In this document: piece after piece, positions 9,035-17,756 of the stretch
Layout: the number at the start of each line of letters is the position of its first letter
Numbering within the stretch: position 1 is the stretch's first letter
From: Gammaproteobacteria bacterium
GTDB taxonomy: Bacteria > Pseudomonadota > Gammaproteobacteria > GCA-001735895
NCBI GenBank assembly: GCA_014382695.1
Contig: JACNJF010000194.1
Location: 861-64,860, forward strand
Reading direction: 5' to 3'
DNA length: 64,000 nt
Program-made: the position numbers and the translations under genes
Notes under the pieces: model-generated
Databases searched by the model: none
What the model saw: the letters and a program-made list of their open reading frames with translations, nothing else
Told to the model about the DNA's origin: nothing

Positions 9035-11302
9035 ATGTCCGAAGATTTTCGCGAAAAAGCACTTGAATACCATCAATTTCCAACCCCCGGTAAATTATGT
9101 ATTCAGTCTACCGTACCTTTAACCACTCAGCGGGATCTGGCGCTAGCGTATTCGCCCGGAGTGGCTTATGCCTGTGAAGAGATTGAAAAGGATCCGTTGA
9201 AAGCGAGTGACTATACCGCGCGTGCCAATCTGGTTGGCGTCATAACGAATGGTACTGCAGTACTGGGTCTGGGTGCTATTGGCCCACTGGCCTCCAAGCC
9301 GGTGATGGAAGGGAAGGCGGTACTATTCAAGAAATTTGCCAATATCGATGTGTTTGATATCGAGATCAAGGAAGAGGATCCGATCAAGCTGGCGCAGACG
9401 ATCGAACGTCTGGAGCCTACCTTCGGCGGCATCAATCTGGAAGATATCAAGGCACCCGAATGCTTCATCGTGGAAGAGTATCTGCGTAAACATATGTCGA
9501 TACCGGTATTTCATGATGATCAGCATGGTACCGCGATCGTGGTTGCTGCCGCTTTAACCAGCGCCCTGGAGCTGGTTGGCAAGCCGATCGATAAGATCAA
9601 GCTGGTCTCATCCGGCGCAGGTGCAGCCGCGTTGGCCTGTCTTAACCTGCTGGTTTCGATGGGGCTGCCACGCGAAAATGTGATTGTCACGGATATCGAT
9701 GGCGTAGTTTATAAGGGCCGGGTGAAAGGGGCCGATCCGTATAAAGATCGCTATGCGGTGGACACTCCACATCGTACCCTGGCCGATGCCATCGCAGGTG
9801 CCGATGTATTTCTTGGCCTGTCAGCGGCGAATGTGCTGAAGCCTGCAATGCTGAAAACTATGGCCGAGCAGCCGGTCGTGTTCGCACTGGCGAATCCTAA
9901 CCCGGAAATTAATCCACTCGATGCGGTCAAGGTGCGTGATGATTTAATCATTGCAACCGGCCGTTCAGATTTTCCAAATCAGGTTAATAACGTGCTGTGT
10001 TTTCCTTTTCTTTTCCGCGGTGCGCTCGATGTCGGGGCCACCGAAATCAATGAAGAAATGAAGATTGCAGCGGTACATGCCATCTCGCGTCTGGCACGCG
10101 CCGGCAGTACTTCGGATATCGTCAGTTCTGCGTATGCGGGACAGTCACTACGCTTTGGACGCGAGTACCTGATACCAAAGCCGTTTGACCCACGTCTGAT
10201 CATTGAAATCGCGAGTGCAGTGGCACAGGCCGCGATGGACTCTGGTGTAGCCACCCGACCCATTGCTAATATGGCTGAGTATCGCGATAAGTTAACCAGT
10301 TTTGTGTATCGCTCTGGTTTGATCATGAAGCCAGTCTTTGAGCTGGCCAGAAACAGCCAGAAAAAGGTCGTTTTCCCAGAAGGTGAAAACCTGAAGGTGT
10401 TACAGGCGGTTGAAAATATTGTGCAGGATCGGCTCGCATTTCCGATTTTGTTAGGTCGCCCCGAGATCATCAAGGCGCAGATCAGCGAATATGGTTTGAG
10501 CATGCAGGAAGGGCGTGATTTTCAGATTATTTACGATACTGATGTCGAGAAATACGCCAGCAGCTATTACCAGATCATGCACAGACGAGGCGTCACCCTG
10601 ATGGAAGCAGAATCTCTGGTGCTGTCGAGTACTACGCTACAGGCCGCATTGATGGTTAAGCTGGGCGAAGCGGATACCTTTATCTGTGGTTCGATCGGTC
10701 GTTTCAATCAGCACCTGAAGCAGGTGATGGATGTTGCCGAACAACCGGATGGTGAGCAGCATATCTCGACTTTGAATGTGCATATATTAAATACCGGCAC
10801 TATCTTCATCTGCGATACCCAGGTCACGGTAAATCCGGCTGCTGAAGATATTGCTCAAATGGCGATAGCGGGTGCACGTGAAGTCGAACGTTTTGGAATC
10901 AAGCCACAGGTGGCGCTGCTATCGCACTCCAATTTTGGTAACCGAGATTCTGCTTCGGCCAGAAAAATGCGTGAAGCACTGGCTATCATTCGTAAACTGG
11001 ATCCAACGCTGGAAGTTGATGGTGAAATGCAAGCTGAATCGGCACTCTCTGCGGCTAAGCGCGGTGAAAAATTTGCCGATTCCAATCTGCAGGGTGCGGC
11101 TAATTTACTGGTGATGCCAAATCTGGACGCGGGTAATATCACCTCTAGCGTGTTACATGTGCTGGGCGGCGGAGTTTCCATCGGTCCTATTTTGATGGGC
11201 TGCAAGCTGGCCGGACATGTGGTGAATTCATCGATCAGTGTACGCGGCCTGGTGAATATGACCGTGGTTGCAGTGGCGCAGACTATTCAAGCTGCAAACT
11301 AA
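9035..11302 (+). CDS. maeB: NADP-dependent malic enzyme (malic enzyme domain plus C-terminal phosphotransacetylase-like domain)
   Basis: 755 aa. 'ALEYHQFPTPGK', 'LALAYSPGVA', 'VITNGTAVLGLG', 'FHDDQHGTAIV', then a PTA-like C-terminal half. Confidence 0.9.
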   Translation: MSEDFREKALEYHQFPTPGKLCIQSTVPLTTQRDLALAYSPGVAYACEEIEKDPLKASDYTARANLVGVITNGTAVLGLGAIGPLASKPVMEGKAVLFKKFANIDVFDIEIKEEDPIKLAQTIERLEPTFGGINLEDIKAPECFIVEEYLRKHMSIPVFHDDQHGTAIVVAAALTSALELVGKPIDKIKLVSSGAGAAALACLNLLVSMGLPRENVIVTDIDGVVYKGRVKGADPYKDRYAVDTPHRTLADAIAGADVFLGLSAANVLKPAMLKTMAEQPVVFALANPNPEINPLDAVKVRDDLIIATGRSDFPNQVNNVLCFPFLFRGALDVGATEINEEMKIAAVHAISRLARAGSTSDIVSSAYAGQSLRFGREYLIPKPFDPRLIIEIASAVAQAAMDSGVATRPIANMAEYRDKLTSFVYRSGLIMKPVFELARNSQKKVVFPEGENLKVLQAVENIVQDRLAFPILLGRPEIIKAQISEYGLSMQEGRDFQIIYDTDVEKYASSYYQIMHRRGVTLMEAESLVLSSTTLQAALMVKLGEADTFICGSIGRFNQHLKQVMDVAEQPDGEQHISTLNVHILNTGTIFICDTQVTVNPAAEDIAQMAIAGAREVERFGIKPQVALLSHSNFGNRDSASARKMREALAIIRKLDPTLEVDGEMQAESALSAAKRGEKFADSNLQGAANLLVMPNLDAGNITSSVLHVLGGGVSIGPILMGCKLAGHVVNSSISVRGLVNMTVVAVAQTIQAAN

Positions 11303-11352
11303 ACTCAGGCACAGGGATCAGCTTGACAATATAAGTAAATACTAATATTGTT

Positions 11353-11382
11353 ATAGCCTTTTACGGATCTGTAAAAGGCTAT
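11353..11382 (+). promoter_or_regulatory. perfect 11-bp stem-loop covering the SD and start codon of the 11381 gene
   Basis: ATAGCCTTTTA (11353-11363) pairs with TAAAAGGCTAT (11372-11382) around an 8-nt loop. The right arm contains AAAGG and the A and U of the AUG at 11381. Confidence 0.4.
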
Positions 11383-12769
11383 GGCATCCACCCATCAGGA
11401 TTCGCTTCAGGCGAAACGAATCGCTGGAATTATCAGCGTTGTTATCTTCATTCTGGTCGGCATCAACGGCATCTTCACCTATTCAGGCGCGCATCTGTTT
11501 ATCAAGGAGATGCTGTTTGCGATATTGTTTGCGATTGCGGTGCAGTTTTCTATCGCCATCAGCCTGATTGCACTGCCGTATGTTAAGGGCGTCGGTAAGC
11601 TGGTGTTGCTAGTGGTGTATGTCGCTGCCCTGACCCTTTCCACGCTATCGGCCTATACCTTCATCTACAATGCCGGATTGCCGGGTACCATTGGCGATAG
11701 TAATGCCGTTAATACCCAGCTGAAGGCGCGTGTGGCCAATCAGTTAAGCGAAGTGATACTGCTGGAACAGGGCTTTATCGATGCGCAGACCGAACGTCTT
11801 GCCTTTCTCAAGCGCCAGGCTGAAGAAGAAGCACTGCGTGGCTTTCGTTCCGGTCTGGGAGCAGGCAAAGGGCCTGAGTATTATCAGAAGATAGAAATGC
11901 TACAGGCGGATGAAGTCCGTTTTGAAGCACAAAAACGCAAGTATGCAGAAGCAAAAACCATCTATGCCGAGATGGATAGTGCGTTGATGCAAAACACTCA
12001 GGGCCAGCGTGAAATACTGATCCTGTTGCTGTCTCGGCTGAAGTCTGTTGTCATCACGGATGAATCGAAACAGATACTGTCGGATATTTCACAAAGCAAA
12101 CTGGCGATCATTCAAAGTCCAATCGAAACCGCGATGGGGGTCATCATGGATCGTGATGCCTATTCGATACAGCTCGCAGTGAGCATTATCTGGGCCGCTG
12201 TCTTTGACTTGCTGGCATTGTTTCTGGGCATTATCCGTTACTATATCCTGCGCCCGAATTATTCTATCCTGTCGGTTATTTACGATACTATTTCAGCCTT
12301 CGTGACCTTCATCATCCGGCTTGGCTATCTGAAAAAAGATGCGCGCCAGAAGTACAATCAGGAGCTGCAGAACCAGAGCCACGGTACCCCGCTAAACTCT
12401 TCAGAAATGCAGTCTTTTGCGACCTATGTGATGGCGGGCAGTTTATTCTCCGCCGGTGAAGATCAGAATGCGATTGAGCCTTTGCAGAATTTAATCAGCC
12501 ATATTGAGCCGCTGAAGCTGGCCAGTGATCCGCGCGGCGTCGGTATTCCGTTTGCGGTAGTGGATGAGCAGAAGGCGATGAAAACCCTGATGGCGATGTT
12601 GATTCAGAGTCAGGTATTTCTGTCTGATGTGGAAAACGGGGTGTATGTGATGAACCCTGGCAGCGAAATGGCGCAGAAGATTCTGGTGTTCATCAAGATG
12701 GGGCTGAAAGATCCGAGCAAACAAAAAGAACTATCGCGTTTTGCGATTCCAGCAGAGGCTAATGCCTAG
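11381..12769 (+). CDS. hypothetical integral membrane protein with a central coiled-coil segment
   Basis: 462 aa. About three N-terminal TM helices, a charged heptad-like region ('LAFLKRQAEEEALRG...RFEAQKRKYAEAK'), two more TM helices, and a soluble C-terminal portion of about 130 aa. No family recognised. Confidence 0.7.
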   Translation: MASTHQDSLQAKRIAGIISVVIFILVGINGIFTYSGAHLFIKEMLFAILFAIAVQFSIAISLIALPYVKGVGKLVLLVVYVAALTLSTLSAYTFIYNAGLPGTIGDSNAVNTQLKARVANQLSEVILLEQGFIDAQTERLAFLKRQAEEEALRGFRSGLGAGKGPEYYQKIEMLQADEVRFEAQKRKYAEAKTIYAEMDSALMQNTQGQREILILLLSRLKSVVITDESKQILSDISQSKLAIIQSPIETAMGVIMDRDAYSIQLAVSIIWAAVFDLLALFLGIIRYYILRPNYSILSVIYDTISAFVTFIIRLGYLKKDARQKYNQELQNQSHGTPLNSSEMQSFATYVMAGSLFSAGEDQNAIEPLQNLISHIEPLKLASDPRGVGIPFAVVDEQKAMKTLMAMLIQSQVFLSDVENGVYVMNPGSEMAQKILVFIKMGLKDPSKQKELSRFAIPAEANA

Positions 12770-12855
12770 ATCAATTCCTGGATCAATAATAGTGTCTGCT
12801 GGTATCCATTCTGAGCAGCGTTTAGAATGGACGGATTGACTGGACTCACTCAATT

Positions 12856-13023
12856 ATGCAATTTCTGATTATACTACTGCTGGTACTCTCTTTTTTTCTG
12901 TATCAAACCTTCCGATTATGGCCCAAGGTCGAATTACGTCGTTATCTGGTGCTGTTATTGATTGTCGATACCTGGCTGAGCATCGTACTGATGTATCTGT
13001 TTTATAGTGCGCTTTTTGATTAA
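12856..13023 (+). CDS. possible small membrane protein (55 aa; below the ORF-track cutoff)
   Basis: Hand translation gives MQFLIILLLVLSFFLYQTFRLWPKVELRRYLVLLLIVDTWLSIVLMYLFYSALFD, which has two hydrophobic helices. There is no convincing SD. Confidence 0.3.
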   Translation: MQFLIILLLVLSFFLYQTFRLWPKVELRRYLVLLLIVDTWLSIVLMYLFYSALFD

Positions 13024-13033
13024 TAGAGCGTTT

Positions 13034-13408
13034 TCAATCAAGATGTAACTCGGAACTTTTGAGAATGGCCTCAATACGGTCTTCAAAATCGGCTCCTATC
13101 GGCTTTGAGATGTAGTTATCGCAGCCGGATTTAATCGCCTTCTGACTATCGGCGCTCATCACCGAAGCGGTTACGGCAATAATCAGTCCGCCATAGCCAC
13201 TCTCACGTAGCTTGCGTGTAGCCTGATGCCCATCCATGACCGGCATATGCATATCCATCAGCACCAGGTCAAAATCGCCCGCAGGCGCTTTTTCGACCGC
13301 TTGCTGACCATTGAACGCCAGCTCAACCTGATGTTTGCGCAGGGTCAGTCTCATGTTAATCATGCGGCTGATGAATTCATCATCCTCGACCAGTAAGATT
13401 TTAGCCAT
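13034..13408 (-). CDS. single-domain response regulator (CheY-like receiver)
   Basis: 'KILLVEDDEF', 'DLVLMDMHMPVMDG', 'IIAVTAS', 'KPI'. Confidence 0.9.
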   Translation of the reverse strand: MAKILLVEDDEFISRMINMRLTLRKHQVELAFNGQQAVEKAPAGDFDLVLMDMHMPVMDGHQATRKLRESGYGGLIIAVTASVMSADSQKAIKSGCDNYISKPIGADFEDRIEAILKSSELHLD

Positions 13409-13413
13409 TCTGT

Positions 13414-15969
13414 TTACTCCTGCTTAAGCGTGAAAGAAAAAGTGGTGCCTGAACCATAGATGCTCTCCACCTGTATGTTGCCACCATGTAACTCGACTAG
13501 ACGTTTTGTAATGGCCAGACCAAGCCCCGAACCGCCCACATTGCGGGTGGATGAATCATCGACCTGATGAAAGGTATCAAATATGAATGGCAGTTCCTTC
13601 TGTGGGATGCCAATACCAGTATCGGCCACGCTGAAGGTAACCCGTTTATCCTGTTGCACCGCCGATATTTTTATACTGCCCTGGCGGGTAAATTTAAGCG
13701 CATTTCCGAGCAGGTTGATCAAAATCTGACGCAGGCGACGTGCATCGACCTGAAACTCAAAATCTTGCGCATCGGTCATCAGCTCAATCGACTTGCGCTC
13801 GGCCAGGTTTTCAAACTTGCGTATCATCTCCTGGATTAGCGGGAGGCTGTGGATTGTTTCCAGTTGAAGATCCATCTGGCCGGCTTCTATCTTGGAGATG
13901 TCGAGTAGATCGTTGATCATTTCGAGTAGATGGTTGCCGGAAATATCCATATCGTTGGCGATCTGTGCAATGATTTCAGCAGATGGCATCTGTTCCAGGT
14001 TTTTTAGCATGGGCAGATAACCCAGAATGACGGTGAGAGGGGTACGCAGCTCATGACTCATCACGTTCAGAAACGCTGACTTTTGCCGGTTAGCATCTTC
14101 GGCGGCCAGCTTTGCCCTGAGCATGGCCTGTTCCGAGCGTTTTTGCTCGGTAATATCCAGGTTCACCCCGATCATGCGCTGGGCACGCTTTTGATCATCC
14201 AGCACTACCAGTGCAGAGGCCTTGATATGGCGTTCTTCATGATTCGGCCACAGGATACGAAACTCCGTTTCGAAAGACTTGCCATTCTGAATCGCGTCAT
14301 TCAGTTCTGCTTTGGTGCGCAGTAGATCATCCGGATGCAGCGCTCCCTGCCAGGCTTCGTAGGCATCAGGAAACTGATCTTTGGTGAGGCCATACAGGTC
14401 GAACATACGTTTATCCCAGTTCAGGGTGTTCTGGATCACATCAAAATCCCATACCCCAATACTACCGGCACGAGCGGCCAGCTCCAGACGATCATTAAAT
14501 TCCTTTAACTCGTTTTCCTGCTGTTTCATATCGGTCAGGTCCTTAACTGTACCGATAAACAGTGTGCCCCCATTCACCTGAGCCTGTCCGACCGACAGGT
14601 TCATCGGGAAGGTGAGCCCTGATTTTCTTTTACCGACCACTTCACGTCCGATACCAATGATGCGCTTTTCATGGGTTTGCTGATAATGATCCAGATAACC
14701 GTCATGCTCAGAATGGTATGGCTCAGGCATCAGGATTTTAATATTCTGACCGATCACTTCTTCGGCACTATATCCAAACATTTTTTCAGCCGCAGGGCTG
14801 AATAGACTGACAATACCCAGAGGATTGATCGTGATCACGGCATCGACGGCATTCTCAACGATTGTCCGGTTCATCTTTTCACTTTCAACCAGTTGCCGAC
14901 TGCGCTGGTTAACCAGTTTTTTAATGACAACCTCGCGGTTAATCAGATTGCGTAGATAAAAGCTGATCAGCAGGGTGAAGGTTATACCCACCGCTAACAC
15001 CAGCCACTCGGTCTGTTTGGAATGCAGCTGGGCAAACTGGGTGGTGGCGATACTGGTGATGCGCCAGGTACGGTTAGCAATCTGGATATCCCTGGCATAG
15101 CGCCAGCGCCAGCCTGGCAGGGGTTCCAGTTGCGCCGAAGATTTCATGCTATAGAGTAGTTCGGTATCTGCCAGATCAGTGATATCGATGATCTTTATCA
15201 TCAGTGGATCGAGTAATGCCTTGAGTGGCTGAATGGCCGATTTAAACAGGTCGCCCACGCGAAATACGCCTAACACATAGCCATTAAATCTTTCCTGCGA
15301 CAGGGTCTGGTTTTTTTCTAGCGGTACAAATATGGGTTGAATAATCAAAAATCCCTTTTGTCGGGCGGATGCCTGAATCAGGGTAATGCTTGAGGTTGCC
15401 TGCGTTTGCCGGCTTAGACGTGCCATTTGCAGACTGGCCATGCGCTCGGGACTGGTTGCAAGATCAAACCCTAATACCGCCATGTTTCTGGCCAGGGGTT
15501 CAACATAAAACACCGGGTAATATACCCAGTGATCCTGGGTTGGGATTAGTTTTCCTTCGGCGTTTTGTGACCTGAACTCAAAATCAGTCAGGCCGTCCGC
15601 AAGCGCATTTAAGCGATAGGTTTCACGTTCGCTGGCCATCACCTGCGGAACCCATTCCATGGCATGGATTGAAGCGTTATCCCTGATCAGGGATTCGGTA
15701 AAGCGGAAGAAGTCTTCCCGGCTGACCTCGGGAGACACCATAAAAAACCGTTGTATACCGGATAGTCTGCTCTGATTGATTTCGAGTTCCTTACTCAGCG
15801 CATCGATGGCGAGCTGAGTGGCGCTTTCGTGTTCGACCTGAATGGTGCGGTTTTCCAGCTCTACTGCGACCCGAAACGCCAGAAAACTTAAGCCTAATCC
15901 TGTAAATAGAACCAGCCAGTGAATAAAGCTATTGCGCTGTTCCCGGTAAGGCTGCTGCATGGTTAACAT
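13414..15969 (-). CDS. sensor histidine kinase: CHASE, TM, two PAS, HisKA, HATPase (no receiver domain)
   Basis: A CHASE-like periplasmic domain lies between two TM helices. H-box 'SHELRTPLT'. N, G1 and G2 boxes read 'LINLLGNALKFT', 'DTGIGI', 'GGSGLGLAI'. Its start overlaps the stop of the upstream gene by 7 nt (gaATGTTAAcc). Confidence 0.9.
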   Translation of the reverse strand: MLTMQQPYREQRNSFIHWLVLFTGLGLSFLAFRVAVELENRTIQVEHESATQLAIDALSKELEINQSRLSGIQRFFMVSPEVSREDFFRFTESLIRDNASIHAMEWVPQVMASERETYRLNALADGLTDFEFRSQNAEGKLIPTQDHWVYYPVFYVEPLARNMAVLGFDLATSPERMASLQMARLSRQTQATSSITLIQASARQKGFLIIQPIFVPLEKNQTLSQERFNGYVLGVFRVGDLFKSAIQPLKALLDPLMIKIIDITDLADTELLYSMKSSAQLEPLPGWRWRYARDIQIANRTWRITSIATTQFAQLHSKQTEWLVLAVGITFTLLISFYLRNLINREVVIKKLVNQRSRQLVESEKMNRTIVENAVDAVITINPLGIVSLFSPAAEKMFGYSAEEVIGQNIKILMPEPYHSEHDGYLDHYQQTHEKRIIGIGREVVGKRKSGLTFPMNLSVGQAQVNGGTLFIGTVKDLTDMKQQENELKEFNDRLELAARAGSIGVWDFDVIQNTLNWDKRMFDLYGLTKDQFPDAYEAWQGALHPDDLLRTKAELNDAIQNGKSFETEFRILWPNHEERHIKASALVVLDDQKRAQRMIGVNLDITEQKRSEQAMLRAKLAAEDANRQKSAFLNVMSHELRTPLTVILGYLPMLKNLEQMPSAEIIAQIANDMDISGNHLLEMINDLLDISKIEAGQMDLQLETIHSLPLIQEMIRKFENLAERKSIELMTDAQDFEFQVDARRLRQILINLLGNALKFTRQGSIKISAVQQDKRVTFSVADTGIGIPQKELPFIFDTFHQVDDSSTRNVGGSGLGLAITKRLVELHGGNIQVESIYGSGTTFSFTLKQE

Positions 15970-17609
15970 TCATCATGAATAATAGTTTTGTTACGGCCAC
16001 TTTCCTTGGCCTGATAAAGGGCTTCATCCGCCGCTTCTATCAGCTTATTTTCCTGGCTGAAAGTGGTGCTGCCGGATATCCCTGCGCTAAAACTGCACTT
16101 AAACTCTTCCTTGTCACTCTTGAACGTTAGCTGAGAAAAAGAAACACGCAGTTTTTCAATGATTTCGAAGGCGGCATCCGGACTGGTATTCGGCATGATA
16201 ATACCAAATTCTTCGCCACCGTAACGCCCAATCAGATCGGATTTACGCAGGCGATCTGTCAGCAATTGCGCAAGAGATTTGAGTACTCGGTCGCCAATCG
16301 AATGGCCGAAACGGTCATTAACCTGTTTAAACAGGTCTATATCCAGCATCAGGTAACTGAGTGGTTCATTTTGACGCTGGCTACGAGCCAGTTCGGATTC
16401 AACCCGGCGTTTAAGGGTGATCTGATTGAGTAAGCCGGTCAGGCCATCGTGATACATCAGCTCGCTGAGGGTGCGCGAACGCTCTATTCTCGACTCAATG
16501 GTACTGATCAACTGTTTATCATCGATCGGTTTTACCAGAAAATCATCGCCCTGTTGCAGGGTCTGCAGCTGGATTTTACGGTTGGTTTCGGTCGACAGAA
16601 AAACAATCGGTGTACTGAAGTAGGTTTGATGCTGGCGCAATACGCTGGCGACTTCAAGACCGGTGATGCCTGGAAAATAAAAATCAAGCAACACCAGTTC
16701 CGGCTGAAACAAGGACATTTGCTCAAGGATGTGTTCTGGATCTGCTAATACGCTGGTATGCATACCCGCCTGACGTAATACCAGGCTGTAGTGCTGGGCC
16801 AGTTCTTCGGTATCGTCTACCACCAGCACCCGGTAGGGCTCGCGCCGGACCCGTTGCGTGATCAGATCCAGGTGATTCACCAGTTCGGAAATATCCAGTG
16901 GTTTTTCCAGGTAAGCGGAGCCACCTGCGCGCACCGCGGCGAGCCGGGATTCCCAGTCCTTGCGTTGAGAGATGAACAGAGCAGGTACCGGTTGCTGTAA
17001 AAGCTGGCGTATCTCGGAGGCAAACTGAGTGCCCGCTAATACACCTTCGGGCAAAATGATATCGAGTACCAGTGCATCCGGTATCTGCATTTCTACCATT
17101 TTTCTGGCGTCAGTCGCGGATGAAAATAAATGGGTTCTAAATCCATAATGTTGCAACTGCAGGCACAGATCCTGTCCCTGAAAAGCTTCATCTTCCACGA
17201 TATATATCAGACGCTGGGCCATGATGGATGGGGTAGTCAGCTGTTCCAACGGCTCAATAATCGAGGTGTTTTCAGGCCCGTTCTCAATCAGGGTATGCAA
17301 TGCCTGCAATCCCCGAACGAGATATTTTGTGGTTTTGCTATCCAGCGTATTTTTCTGGTTTATCGCCTCTTTGAGGATTAATTCCAGTTGGCGCGACTGC
17401 TCACTTAACTGAAAAAATCCGAAGGTACCGGCTGATCCACTCAGACTATGGATCTGGCGGAATATGTCATGCAGCATGGTTGCCGGGTCCGAATGATCGA
17501 CCAAACCATTCAGATCCGCAATCATCTGATCTACGCGAATCCCAAGATTAGCGGCAAACTCCAGCCTGAGAGCCGCTAACTGTTGCTGTATGTCATCCTG
17601 TCCGGGCAT
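15963..17609 (-). CDS. Hpt-REC-REC-GGDEF response regulator / diguanylate cyclase
   Basis: N-terminal Hpt motif 'HSLSGSAGTFG'. Two receiver domains ('YIVEDE...LVLDIILP' and 'VLVVDD...LVLLDFYFP'). 'RKSDLIGRYGGEEF' gives an RxxD I-site plus GGEEF. Confidence 0.9.
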   Translation of the reverse strand: MPGQDDIQQQLAALRLEFAANLGIRVDQMIADLNGLVDHSDPATMLHDIFRQIHSLSGSAGTFGFFQLSEQSRQLELILKEAINQKNTLDSKTTKYLVRGLQALHTLIENGPENTSIIEPLEQLTTPSIMAQRLIYIVEDEAFQGQDLCLQLQHYGFRTHLFSSATDARKMVEMQIPDALVLDIILPEGVLAGTQFASEIRQLLQQPVPALFISQRKDWESRLAAVRAGGSAYLEKPLDISELVNHLDLITQRVRREPYRVLVVDDTEELAQHYSLVLRQAGMHTSVLADPEHILEQMSLFQPELVLLDFYFPGITGLEVASVLRQHQTYFSTPIVFLSTETNRKIQLQTLQQGDDFLVKPIDDKQLISTIESRIERSRTLSELMYHDGLTGLLNQITLKRRVESELARSQRQNEPLSYLMLDIDLFKQVNDRFGHSIGDRVLKSLAQLLTDRLRKSDLIGRYGGEEFGIIMPNTSPDAAFEIIEKLRVSFSQLTFKSDKEEFKCSFSAGISGSTTFSQENKLIEAADEALYQAKESGRNKTIIHDEC

Positions 17610-17756
17610 AGGGCTTTTATACTCACGATTAAAAAAATACGATAAATTAGATTAATAAATCAGTATAAACTTGTTTTATAGTTCTGTACTAGGCGTCAGA
17701 TTCATATTAATGTAATGTCCAGTTTTTATGTGGTTTTAAGGTAAGAGAGAGCAGCA

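Noticed and set aside
9979-10503. Long antisense ORFs inside well-supported genes: 9979..10503(-) in maeB, 38442..39020(-) and 39740..40195(-) in the vWA and orphan genes, 25471..25992(-) across lolA/rarA, 21663..22616(+) opposite trxB, and 20335..20817(-).
   Set aside because: Their translations are Arg/Ser/Pro/Ala-rich and low in complexity, and they lack SD sequences. Each lies opposite an ORF with clear family motifs. They are typical shadow ORFs created by codon bias.
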